Below are positions 23,682 through 36,000 of a DNA stretch of 64,000 nucleotides, piece after piece. The notes beneath the pieces are model-generated. The model worked only from the letters and a program-made list of their open reading frames with translations, had not been told where the DNA came from and did not search any database. How positions within the stretch are numbered: position 1 is the stretch's first letter; each line of letters opens with the position of its first letter. This stretch comes from Antedon mediterranea. Taxonomy: Eukaryota; Animalia; Echinodermata. The DNA lies in the NCBI RefSeq assembly GCF_964355755.1, contig NC_092671.1:3534001-3598000 (forward strand), given 5' to 3'. Both the position numbers and the translations under genes were made by a program.

Positions 23682-26252
23682 GATTTCATAAGTGGATATA
23701 GGCCTACAGTTGAGAACGGTTTATCAATACTTCAAATCATATTTTTAAAAGCTTCCGGAGACATAATTTTATAAAATTTACTAACTTTATATACAGAAAA
23801 CACCTAATGTACCAATAATAATAATAATGTTGTTTTTAATATTTAATAAGTAAATCATTGGTTATTTTATCGTTCATTAAGCTGCTTATTAATATTTTTT
23901 AATAATTTTATATAGGCCTAAAATACTAACACGACGGTTCAATAGACATACTAATAAATGACCTATCTAAAGGGCTATGTATACATACGTTTTTTCGTTC
24001 GTTCGTTTTACCATTACCACTTGATATGAGTTATTTGTATATTAGTATACAGGCGAGTTAACTTAAGTTGTTTGATACAATAATGTAAATATAATATGAT
24101 AAATGCTATATACAGAAAACATACATATATAAACTGTTTGTTCGCGTACCAATAAAAATGTCATTTTTTCATAAATATACAATATTTAATATTTAATATT
24201 TAAAACAGACTTACTTACTATGACTATAAGGCTGTTTTTCCTCAACATTCGTTCGTTAAATTAATTATTAATTATTAATTATTAATTATTAGTTATTTGT
24301 ATTTGCATAAATTAGATAATGAACTTATATAAGTTAAGCATTGCGGTATTGTTCGGATTCTGATAGCCACCTCGATTAGGCCTAGGTTTGCAGAGTTTGC
24401 GCGTTAAGTCAAACATTAACCATTAAAAACAAACAATACTTAATTCGTGTATATTTGTAATGTAACATTATTCAGGTATTCAATTTCATTGCGTACTCTT
24501 TCATGCTGTGAATACACTGACGTGGAGTCTACTGGTCTATTGTTAAGGCCTAAAAGACAACAACTTTTAAATCTCTGCCCACAGAGAGAGAATAGGCCAA
24601 ATTGATCTGTAAAGTAGTGTCGTCTGCAGTGTTGTCTGTTATTCCTGCAGCCCGTGTAACCAGTCTCAGCCCGCGGGGCCATCAATTCAATACAGACTCC
24701 AAGCCTGTGTTAACTAATGGAGAAAATATGAAATTTTCGAAAAGGCACGTAGGACTTTATGAGTCGTGGCATCTTACTACCCCAGGCGTAGCTGGTTAAG
24801 CTGGCCTGATGAACTGTCTGCCCCTTCTGTCCGAACAATTCAAACAGCCTAGCTGCAAATCGATATTGACAATGTACTTGTGTTACCCAATAAATTACAG
24901 CTATTTATTAACCATTTTGTACAACTTCAATAATTGAAAAACATTTGTAAAAGTTGATGATAGAAAATCGGAAGTTTCCCCACTTTAAGCTGTATATGAT
25001 TGTATAAGTTATTACTGCAATTAACAGCATACCATGTTTTTAAGTAAAAGTTGTCATATATTAAGTTTGGCTGTCGAGTGCTAAATTATCTAATAATAGA
25101 AACAGTAAACAGACACACATTAGCCATTACTGTAGAAATGAGGTTTAGGTCTGTCTACAATAACTTTTGAGCTAGGCGTTTGCATATATCCAGTGAAATG
25201 TTTTCCCAAGTAGGCCTACTCTCAGAGTTTTTTTGAGGAGGAGCGCTTAGGCATTTTAGAGCGTTTGATAGACCTTTTCACTCTCGCAGAGTTTCATAGG
25301 CCTATATCTGTTATTTTTTGTATTATCAGCATTGTTGTGCTGTTTATTGCCGGCCTTTAAAATGTATTAATTAAACCTAAGCGCGCATTTGAATGTAATC
25401 ATCTGTTGTTTTGATAGTTAATAAAAGTGACTTCGTGGGTAGGCCAGAAAAAAATATCAGGCCCACTCATCGCTGCCTGGGAAACGTTTTTATAAATACG
25501 GTCGTCTTTCGAGGTCTTTAGCGGATTATTTACGATTTAATTATTTGGAATTCAGATATTAGGCTTAATTTAATCAAATTTACTTTCCAATTAACGTTTC
25601 GCTGATGGTAATCTGGGAAGTTATAGCCGGGTTTCTCTGTGTAAGTACACCGACAGTTTAGTATATAACCAGGGAGAAAATAGGTTTCTCCCTGGTATAA
25701 CCTTGTATTTATACTTAAATGATGTTATTACAGTTAAACTTTTATGCTTTTTTTGTACAACGAGTTAACTGCCATTTGATATCCTTGATGTATATTCCGT
25801 GTGTGCATTAAACTAACGAACATTTTAGCGAAGTCTGTGTGATACCGTACTAATACCAGTGAAGAGTATTATACTGTAATAATCATACATGCTATTTTGT
25901 GTTAACACTTTTTTTGTCTGTACAATGATTTCTTAGATTAAGCTTCTTCATTTGCTATAGATATATTATGTGATTATAATAAAAAGATGAATGAATGAAA
26001 TTGCTCGTATTAAGCCTATACTATTCTATTCTTTATTATATGTATTACTCCTTTTTAATAATCTCTGAATATTATTTGAGTTAAATGGTCTAAGAAAAAA
26101 TGTGTTTTGTTACAATTAAAAAAAAGGCATTTATATCGTACAATGTGCGACCTTTTCATGACATAAAATGTTTAATGCGCTAATTACCGGTAATTAATAA
26201 GCCTCTATTACGCCAAAATCGATATTAAAAACAATGCTACGTTGAACGGATG

Positions 26253-26410
26253 AGTAGAGCCCCTCCTCTCAGACACTCCATTTCAGGGGACACCACTATT
26301 ATAAGGGGAACATTTCCAAGGGCCAATATCTTGTTTTAACACTATAAATATTCAACCTCTATGTTCAGGGGAAACCCCAAATGGGGGACACTGGGGGATT
26401 TTTTACTGTC
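26253..26410. mobile_element. Tigger-like MITE remnant
   Basis: AGTAGAGCCCC start and repeated AGGGGACAC motifs, as in 2130, 3251 and 38662. Confidence 0.5.
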
Positions 26411-27201
26411 ACATTTTGAGAGACATGATATTGACAGAGGGAGGATTAGTTATTGGAATCAGCTTAATTTTGTATCGATTTCTATAAATAAAAAAGGGAT
26501 TTCACCCGACCCACTATCTTCCTGATAAAGTAGCCGTGTTTTCCAAGCTTATATTGTTATATCTTTTTATAGGAACCAGATCGAGTGATAGTTATAACTG
26601 GTTGCATTCTCAATCAATCAACAATTGGAATAAAAGTGATAAATATTTATTAATGATGCAATAAAAATAACTAGTAGCCTAAATTCTACAGTTTAATATA
26701 CACAAAATATTGTGGGAATACAGCATTTGTGGACAATAAAAGTTTACAATAGAAATCCAATTAGAAAATTGAAAAGCCGATACTCTACAAGTGGGGAATA
26801 AAATAGGTTATTTTTATTCAGAATAATTTTTTTGTCAGAATTTAAATAGGTCAAACTATACCCATTTCATATTATCAGAAATATTTGTGGATTTTCAAAT
26901 ATTCTCGTTTGTATGAACACACTTATTGGGTCGTTTATATTCGATTGTCGTTGCTAAGAAAATTTCAAATAAATCGACTTGTTAATGTATATCTCCTGAG
27001 GGTGCGTATTATTCGAGGGATCACACCATTCGTCTATCTAACGCAAAATAAAAAAAAAAAGCGTTTTTTAAAACGAATATTGTATGTATTAACTACTGTA
27101 TGTAGCTCGAACGCGTTAACTGTTGACGTAAATGCGTCACCACACAATTATTGGTGCACAAAAGCTAAACGCATTTTAGACCTTATTATGTAATACATGT
27201 A

Positions 27202-27411
27202 AGGGTGAGTCCCGTGTTCTTTGAACGTAGGGGAATGAGCTGTTAGGAGCTCATTGTACTAAGCCTCGGCATTATGTGGTAGGGTGGCCAGTTCCTTTCC
27301 ACGCCGCCTTTTTCTCCCTAGTATTTTCAACCAGGTACTCATTTTACAGCTGAGTGGACTGGGAGTTGTCGGGAATTGAACCCGGGTCTAACCACTCGGC
27401 TATCCAACCCC
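27202..27411 (-). mobile_element. tRNA-derived SINE with 12-bp TSD
   Basis: Minus strand A box TAGCCGAGTGG and B box GGTTCAATTCCC. Central CAGTCCACTCAGCTGTAAAATGAGTACCTGG. Flanked by GTAATACATGTA (27190-27201 and 27412-27423). Confidence 0.85.
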
Positions 27412-30149
27412 GTAATACATGTATAATACTTAGGCCTAAAAGCATGTGTTTATTAAGCTCTATTGGCATGAAACGAGATATAAACACATTGTAAACGTTT
27501 TTCCAAACTATATATATATATATAAATCTTAATTATTATAGGACTAATTAATCGTGCACAAAATTCCATGCGTTAGATACATTAAATTCTTGATTTCTGA
27601 ATAATAGGTTTAAATGCGTTATTAATTCGTGTGACTATTCGTTTAAATTTATACGGATCGGCTAATGCAATCCATAAGTACAAACGAAGTCATTTACTCG
27701 GTGGTATTTTAAATCGAAAGTCTTCTGTTTCAATCGGAGGAGGTTTTTGTTGATCGTTATATTCTGATCGCAGCCACATAACTATTAGTGGGTGAAATGA
27801 TTTCACCCACTAATAGTTAATGTAGGGAGTTTGCAATACATGACAATCAATAGAGCGTTTAACGCACCGGAGAGGATATTGACGCGTGATGTTCCAACGC
27901 CGATGAAAAGGGCGGGATGATCCAATATTTTAAAAGAAGCGGAGGAGGGCGAGACAGAGCTACAAATGTCAAATGTCAATTGTCCTACCTTTTGGATTGT
28001 TTCTAAATTTAGGGGTTGAGGAACTGGGTCGCCCCTTGGTTCCACCAACTGTGTGTTGCTTTTACAGAAATCATGCTTAGTCTATGACTAGTTGCTAACA
28101 GACACACGGCTTTAGTTTCTTTTTATAGCTTTAATAGTAATTCAAAACAAAATATATTGCGTTTGAAATGCAGTAAAATGACTTGATCCGATGATAAAAA
28201 TGGATAAAACCAAAATTACCAATATATCCTTGAGTATAGTTTAACTTAACAAGAAATGTTGATACCACTTTATAACTTTTTCCTTTTTGCAGCTAGATAA
28301 GAATTGAGATTGGCTTTGTCGAAGGCCTGATCAGTGATACGGGGATGACCGTGTGGTTTATGAAGTGGCCAAATAGGAAATAAACATATTTATGCGAATA
28401 AGATATTAAATAAACCATTACGTTATTTAATACGCTTAAGCTAGGCACTGTCCGACAATCAGTTTGATAATCTGTTTAATAGCGATCCAATGAGTAACTA
28501 AGGCTAGCTAGCTTTTACCGATGTGGCGACATGGTTGGGGCTAGCTTGTGACCAATGTGGTGACCTGGTTGGGCCGAGTTCTACTTCTTATAGTGTAAAC
28601 TTTGTTTGGACCGGAGGAGATTTAAGTTCTGTGAATGACATCGAGAATAATAAGTAAATTGATGAGAGGGAAGTTGATGGCTATTTTGACATTATCAATG
28701 CATTTCGGATGTGAACAAGTAATGACCTTATTAATGCATTTCGGATTCGAATAAGTAATGACCTTATTAATGTATTAAGTGCAGGCCTAGGCCTAAAGAG
28801 AAAACACCGACGCATGATATGATAGAGATAGGGTATGTGCATGTTACATGTTCTTGAAGAATGCTGCCGACGAATTATCACAATAATTTGATTGATTTGA
28901 CGTTTTAATAAATGACAGTTCCAAGACCCGAATAAAGTTATTGAGTGATCATTATAAATATTTCCCATCTTTTCAATGAACGGAAGTGCGCTACTGAACC
29001 TTGACCTGTCATAACCTCGAGTGCAAACGTCATTCGGAGGTGGGGGTCAAATTTAACTATTTAAAACCGATACCCCTGTGAATTATAATTTACTCCCTTC
29101 CTTTTATTGAAACGGAAATAATAAATTATTTTTACACAAAAAATGACTACGAATTCAGTAGCAATATTTATGTTTAAAATATTGCTGTATCATCATTGCC
29201 ACCATTGTTGTTTTTGATTGCGGCATGATGGTCTGCTGTATCATTACGTTCGTTAAACATTCGTCATCCTTATATACGATCACGCGCCTCATGATTGGCC
29301 TTTCTGTCGCCTTATACTATCGTCGTCCGCACCTCCTAGTCGACAACGTGACCCGTTGCCATCGCCGTACCCCTGCAATCGTACCGTACCGATGTCAAAT
29401 TAAGTTGGTTCCTCTTGTTGGAGGCAAGTAATTTGACAAATCACATTTGAGCACCAAACTGTCGCTTGATGCGATTATGCTTGCGTTTCAGCTAAGTTGG
29501 AACAAAGGCTCAAAGCTCTATTTTGAATTATTTCTCTCAGCTCCTTTGCATAAATATTTTCTAGTGATTTGTCTACAACAATAATTATTATCTTCTTGTT
29601 AAAATATCAGACTGATTAATTTTATGTAGCCCCTGTTTCCTTTACTTACAAAGTCGACAGACTTTTTCAATTTTATCAGTAATTATTAATTATGGAATTA
29701 ATCCGAACTTTGAATTATCATTGCGCATGTGTGTATCAATTCAGTGTATTATGGCATTGCGTACCGTACTTTATAATGCAGGGGCCAACATTTTTACAAG
29801 GGACACATTTTCTAAAATGACAGATCCTCCCCCAACCCGCACACATTCATGAAAAACAAAATATCCCATGGTTTTAACTTATATGCTTTCATATTTCTCT
29901 AGACCAGCTTAATGTGCGTGAATTGTTGTTATAACCGCCTTCCATATGTAGGTCTCTGATTGGTTGAAAGTTCTGGTGTATATTACGATACCGCAACACA
30001 ATACCAATTGTTTGTCTCCCGATAATGTGCACACACTATTCTGTAACAATTCTGAGGCCTCGATGCAGTCTTTAACATACTTATTTATCGTTATTTAAAC
30101 AAGCATACGGCCGCTTGGATCGTCCGGACAAATAGGCTTAATATATTTT

Positions 30150-30290
30150 CGGTCGCGTGAATCGTCCTAATGATACACGAAGGATGCCTTCGGGTCGCGT
30201 GGATCGTCCTAATGATACATGAAGGATGCCTTCGGGTCGCGTGGATCGTCCTAATGATACATGAAGGATGCCTTCGGGTCGCGTGGATCG
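30150..30290. repeat. 42-bp minisatellite x3.3
   Basis: Unit GGTCGCGTGGATCGTCCTAATGATACATGAAGGATGCCTTCG. Confidence 0.95.
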
Positions 30291-30763
30291 TGCCAGAACT
30301 GTCCATGAACATACATTCTGACCTTATCCACAGACGACATCGAGAACTTCCCCTAATCGCTATTCCAACACTTTAGCCTAGGTTAAATAACTCTGACACA
30401 TACTTTATATCGGCCAATTAATCGTTGCCTGGATTAGTGCTTGGTTAGTCTAGGCCGGCAGTGTCATGCGGATTTCGACCACGTTCAGAGAGAAGGTCGA
30501 ATGCACTTGGGGATGGAATTGTGAAATTGGGCCAACGTAATTTAAGTGAAAGTGTCGTTATGAATTGTTTTTCTACACGTAAAAAAACTCATGGATTAGT
30601 AGGCTTGTCATTTTAGTTTTTATTTGAAACCTAATGTTGTTACAATTTGATTATGCTAGTTAAAACAATTATTTAGCAGCATTGAATAATATATTGGGTA
30701 TCTTAAATCAGTCATTTCTATACTCGGTACTGTATCTAAATATATACAGTATCTAAATATATA

Positions 30764-30892
30764 CAGTATCATAGGGTAATTCCATGATAGAGCGTCTCAT
30801 GTGTTTCACATGTGACGCCTGTATTACTCGTTCATGATACAGCCATCGCATTTGATATACATGAGTTGCTGTTTCATGGAATTATGATACTG
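30764..30892. mobile_element. MITE family C copy
   Basis: CAGTATCATAGGGTAATTCCATGA...TCATGGAATTATGATACTG fold-back. Confidence 0.7.
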
Positions 30893-31730
30893 GACAAAGT
30901 CATATGCACATATCTTGATATACAGCTCTAGTGACAACTCGGTTTATTACAATTCATTACAACGTTCATTGTGTCACATGACATGAATGTCTAATGTCAA
31001 AAGTCCGTATAAATATTCGGATGTTTAATTTATAGCTATTTTAAAATGATTGACGATTGCATGAAATGGGTTTGTTGAAGTCAATTAAATTGTTCTCTAG
31101 GGATTGGGCTGGCTCGTAAATGCCAGGCCTGTCTTTCCCCACGGGAACTATTACCGCCCTTCTGTATTGATGGGGGAACGTTAGGAACAACCCCAAGGTC
31201 ACTGGAATTAAATTTATTTTGTAGATTCGATGGAGAGGGGAAGTGAGGGTTTAAGTTGAGGGTAAACAGGACAAGTGATGTGACACAGTATCCCGCTTGC
31301 TTCAGTGTGAACATTATTTTACGATTTGATAAAACATCTATTAACCATCATTCTCTAATCCATATAATTTATATGTTTATAATGAAAGAATTGATACATT
31401 AGGATTTAATAGCGAAACCACCATGTTAAAGTAATACATGGTACTAAGTAGGCCTATGCTGTTTTCATACTACGGTTTTATGCTATTAGAGTTATATTAT
31501 AAGCTACTAGTTATATTCACAATATTTATTGACTATACTATATTACAATATGTTTTTTTTTAAAAAACAATGATATAAATAGAACTAATATCCTTACGGT
31601 TCCAAAATATTAGCAATTTGTAAGCTTAGTTTAAGTATTGTATTTTAAAAGATTGCACGTTTTGTCAATCGAGGCATAAGAAAAAAAAAGTTTGTAAAGG
31701 GTGTTGTAAGCTTTGAACAAGTTTATAGAA

Positions 31731-31853
31731 AACAAGGCCAACAGCCATAAGTCGCGTGCTAAAACGCATAGTGATACCGGACCGACAGACAGACCGACAG
31801 ACCGACCGACCGACCGACATAGTGAACTATAGTCGCGTCCACGCGACTAAAAA
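31731..31853 (-). mobile_element. Helentron/DINE-1 (HINE)-like non-autonomous element
   Basis: Minus strand: T-run, subterminal IR TAGTCGCGTG with adjacent ACGCGACTA hairpin, (GTCG/GTCT)n microsatellite, 3' CACGCGACTT, short GGC...GCC stem, then TTGTT. Confidence 0.7.
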
Positions 31854-32009
31854 CACCAGAAGGAACAATATTCCTCTATTTTTCCTAAAGATATTATGTT
31901 CCAGCGTATCAAGAGTTTAGTGTTAAACATATGCAATTTTTTGCTGCAAACTTTCGTACATTTTTCAATCAATTTGCTTATGTGTGTAGCGGAATAATAT
32001 AGCATGTTT

Positions 32010-32140
32010 AAGTTTGGTTCCCTTGCACACAACGCACAAAAGCAAAGCAAGTAATTTGACCAATCACGACGCGATGGATCTTCCAAACTTTCTTCTGTGA
32101 TTGGTCAACTTGCGTTGTGCTCACTTTGTTCCTTTGCATC
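32010..32140. mobile_element. MITE family B copy
   Basis: AGTTTGGTTCCC end and TTGACCAATCA...TGATTGGTCAA core. Confidence 0.7.
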
Positions 32141-32659
32141 CGACAAACCGACAACTTAACCAACTGACCGATTAAAAAGCAGACAAGCAAATTGTAGGGC
32201 AGAGACGTGCAGACACGTTTTAAGATTAAACCTAATCTACCTCATAATGCAATTTTGGCATTGTTGGCGATCCATACGCACAGCATCTTTGTAAACGAAA
32301 AGAGTGTAAAAAAAAACGTCGTTGTTTAATGTTACAAAGTAAATAAATGAATTATATATATAAAATGTAGATTTTTGCGAAACATGTGACTCAAATAGGG
32401 AAGTGATAGTGACCATGGCCTTCGATACAGGTGTCTCTTTACCAAAAACTGCGAAATATGACGAGTCACTGACAAATTGCATTGACTGATTGACAACTTG
32501 CACGATGACTGACAGTTGATATGAGGTTAGGGTTGAATTGGTGTTGACATCCAAAGTGTTTTATCGCGTGCTGTTGAAATATTGTTCTATAGTTTGACAG
32601 TCGTGTACTATACCCTGGAGTGATGTGGTGTCTCAAACACCACAACATAAGTAAGAAGT

Positions 32660-32800
32660 TGATACGCGCGTACAAATCCATAATAATCAACATAATGTGA
32701 ACGCGCGCTTACAAAAATCATGATTACCAACATTATTTGAACGCGCGAGTACAAATCCGTGATTATCAACATAATGTTTACGCGCGCGTACACAAGCCGT
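32660..32800. repeat. ~40-bp ACGCGCGTACAAA minisatellite
   Basis: Four degenerate units; same family as 49370-49715. Confidence 0.8.
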
Positions 32801-33489
32801 ATATCAAAATCATCAGTATGTTCACATTACAAAACCTCTTGTTTTCGGTGAAGTTAACGCTGTAAAAAATCGACTGTGTAGGCTTAAAATGAGTACGGTA
32901 GGCTACTCCGACCTATTTTGTAAAGCGTTTGAATTCAGGCATATAATTGGTTGTAAATTGAGTGTGTAATCGATATATGTGTATAGTGAAATGGTGACAT
33001 TTTTAGGCCTACAAACACCTATTAGGTGGCGGTTGCTAGACAGTCGAACGGCGCGGATCTCCATCGTATTGAGCCGTAAGCTGGAATGGCAAGTTGAAAT
33101 ACATTAAACCCTGGTTGTAACCTCGCACTTAATCGAATTAAACAAGGCTAGTACAATGAAGGAAAGGGTATTTCCTGAAGAAAAATGCCAATTATACATC
33201 ATTGAGATGATTAAATTTGAAAAACATTATAATGTTTAATAGCAATGTACATTTAATAATAACATGAATGGGAATGAACATGTTTAAATTATCATGTGAT
33301 GAAGCAATCGCTCGTTGAGAATTCCCTCAAGCAAATAATATCAGTCAGACTAGATAATAGTTGACGTTTGATAACTTTCAATGGTAAAAATGCATAGGAG
33401 TAGCAAAGTCACACAACTAGCTACATATCTATAGCTAATTGTTATCCTCAATGTCAATTCAGTTTGAACGCATGCGCCAAAAGCAGCTA

Positions 33490-33665
33490 TGATGCTATCG
33501 GCATGGTCAATCGTACGTACGTCTAAGTTTTCTATCGGCATGGTCGACTGTGTGTGTGTATTGTTTTCTATCAGTACGGTTAACCAGCGTATAATGCCTT
33601 GTTTTCAGGGTCCATCGTGCCGATAGAAAAGTTATAAATTACAGGCACGGTTGACCGTGTCGGTT
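33490..33665. repeat. Dispersed repeat with GGCACGGTCAACCGTGCC-type palindromes
   Basis: CTATCGGCAYGGT and CGTGCCGATAG motifs; related sequence at 63918-64000. Confidence 0.55.
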
Positions 33666-34039
33666 ACCCCTTCCCGCAGGTATAGCACAAAAACTGGACG
33701 ATGATATATGCCCATATTAAATAAATGTCGTAGCACGTTCTTACGCACGTCGCAACTACTGTCAGATATTTAACATACAGTAAAACAAAAACGTTTTTTT
33801 TATCAAATGCACTTTTGCCTTGTTAGACGAACTAGGCCTCCACAATAAAATGTGTCAGATATCAATCAAATGTAGGCCTACAGCTGCAGTCTATTACTAT
33901 AGTAAGCCTATTTTCGATAAAGAATTACAATTGATTATTCACATTTTTGAAAATGTGGTTTTAATAGTCAAATTATTTTAATGTTGGACATATACTATAC
34001 GCATGTATGTATATTTTGTCGTTTGATGTCGCTAGTAAT

Positions 34040-34198
34040 ACTTTGTTCCGATTGGGAGACGCAACACAAAGACGTAACGCATTGTAAGTGATTTGACCAA
34101 TCACAAGCGATGGATTTATTCGATCAGTTGTTTTTGATTGGTCAACTCGCTTGAATTGTGTATACGTATGCGGTGCGTCCCTAGTGGGAGAACCAAAC
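34040..34198. mobile_element. MITE family B copy
   Basis: Same core; right end CTAGTGGGAGAACCAAAC. Confidence 0.72.
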
Positions 34199-34292
34199 AA
34201 TTATAAAATATTTCTCGTTGTTTCGCTTTCCTAATAATTTTTGAAAAGGCTAATACAATACAACAAGTGATTATTTAACATAGCCAAACAAA

Positions 34293-34635
34293 GTTTATGG
34301 GTCACGTGTTCATTATTTTATTCGTACGCACAAGTACCTTCTGCTTAACTAAATAACATTGCATTTCCTCTCGTAGTTTATGGGTCACGTGTTCATTATT
34401 TTATTCGTATACGCACAAGTAATTTTAACTCTGAACTAAATAACCTTGAATTTCGTCTCGTAGTTTATGGGTCACGTGTTCATTATTTTATTCGTATACG
34501 CACACGTAACTTTAACTCTGAACTAAATAACCTTGAATTTCCTCTCGTAGTTTATAGGTCACGTGTTCATTATTTTATTCGTATACGCACACGTAACTTT
34601 AACTCTGAACTAAATAACCTTGAATTTCCTCTCGT
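34293..34635. repeat. ~85-bp tandem repeat x4
   Basis: GTTTATGGGTCACGTGTTCATTATTTTATTCGTA...TTTCCTCTCGTA units, each with CACGTG. Confidence 0.95.
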
Positions 34636-35299
34636 CAAACTCAAGTGTCTGGCTGTTCCTTGCCACTGCAGGTAATCCTAGTATAATATTCATCATAACT
34701 CTCTAGGCTAAGCCTTTTTAATATTTCAAACGATTAATCATCCTTGGATAACGCACTTGACCGCCTACTCATTTCCCGTTAAACCCTCCTCCTATGACAC
34801 CTTCATCTTCCACTTTGACAGCCTAAAAGCTCATCTTTTCCAGTCCCACCCTATCCGTTTGTTTGTCCATTCAAATACATATATATTAGATAATTTCCAA
34901 CATAAGCTAGGCCTATGTTTCCTGTCGTAGTTAATGTCATGAGGCCCCGGTGGAAAGCTGTTTTTGAGACGAATTATTATTACTCACATGCGTATGCTTT
35001 CAATTAGACAAGTTACATGATTGCGAACAGGTACAAAAGTATTTGGCAATTTAGCAAAGTGTACGACCCTTGAGAATAGCTAATCATATATGTGAAGGTC
35101 TTAATATTATGTAAGCATCCGCTTTGTAAAGCCAGCATTTTGCACAATAATTAGGTATCACTAGCTAAGACCACTGCAAGTTGTGTTCAACAATTATAAT
35201 AATACTGTACTATTCTTCTCACATAGGCCTGTCAGAAAACCAGGGGCCCAGTGCGGGGGGCCAACACTCCTTATAACAATGTGTTTAGCACGATCTAAG

Positions 35300-35740
35300 A
35301 ATAAACGCATTTGAACATAGCCTAGTATGAAACGCGGCGGCTTAACATGTTCAGGATTGAAACGTCGTCTAAATAGATTTGCAATATAAACGCGTCTGAA
35401 TATATTTGCAATAAACGCGTTTGAACATTATTAAAGAATTTCACACAAGCAAAGGGCACGCATCTAAACAAGTTCAGAAGTCTGAACGCGTCTGAACAGA
35501 TTAAAAAACGCGTCTGAATTGATTTGTAATATAAACGCGTGTGAACATAATTAACGAATTTCACACAAACAAAAGGCACGCATCAAACAAGTTCAAAAGT
35601 CTGAACGCGTCTGAACAGATTACAAAACGCGTCTGAATTGATTTGCAATATAAACGCGTCTGAACATGATTAACGATTTTCACGCAAGCAAAAGGCACGC
35701 ATCTAAACAAGTTCAGAAGTATTATATAGTCTGAACAGAT
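35300..35740. repeat. Hierarchical minisatellite (AAACGCGTCTGAA subunits, ~119-bp higher order)
   Basis: Repeated AAACGCGTCTGAAC; GGCACGCATCTAAACAAGTTCAGAAGT recurs at ~119-bp spacing. Confidence 0.9.
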
Positions 35741-35888
35741 AAAAAAACCGGACAGTAACAGATACCATCCGTTGTCCTTAACTCACGAAATGTGACGCCC
35801 GTAATTGTGTTGTGTATTTTATCATTTGTTTTTATTATACAATAAAATGTAATAATTAAAGTAAATAATAAATACATTATTCCGATTA

Positions 35889-36000
35889 CAATTGTGTCTG
35901 TCCTTTAGTAGGCCTACTGTATAACTGCAGTTTGTGTCAGATAGTGCAATTGTGTCTGTCCTTTAGTACTGTATAACTACAGTTTGTGTCAGATAGTGCA
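35889..36000. repeat. Tandem duplication (58/52 bp) differing by GGCCTA
   Basis: Copy 1 TTTAGTAGGCCTACTGTAT; copy 2 TTTAGTACTGTAT. Confidence 0.95.
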
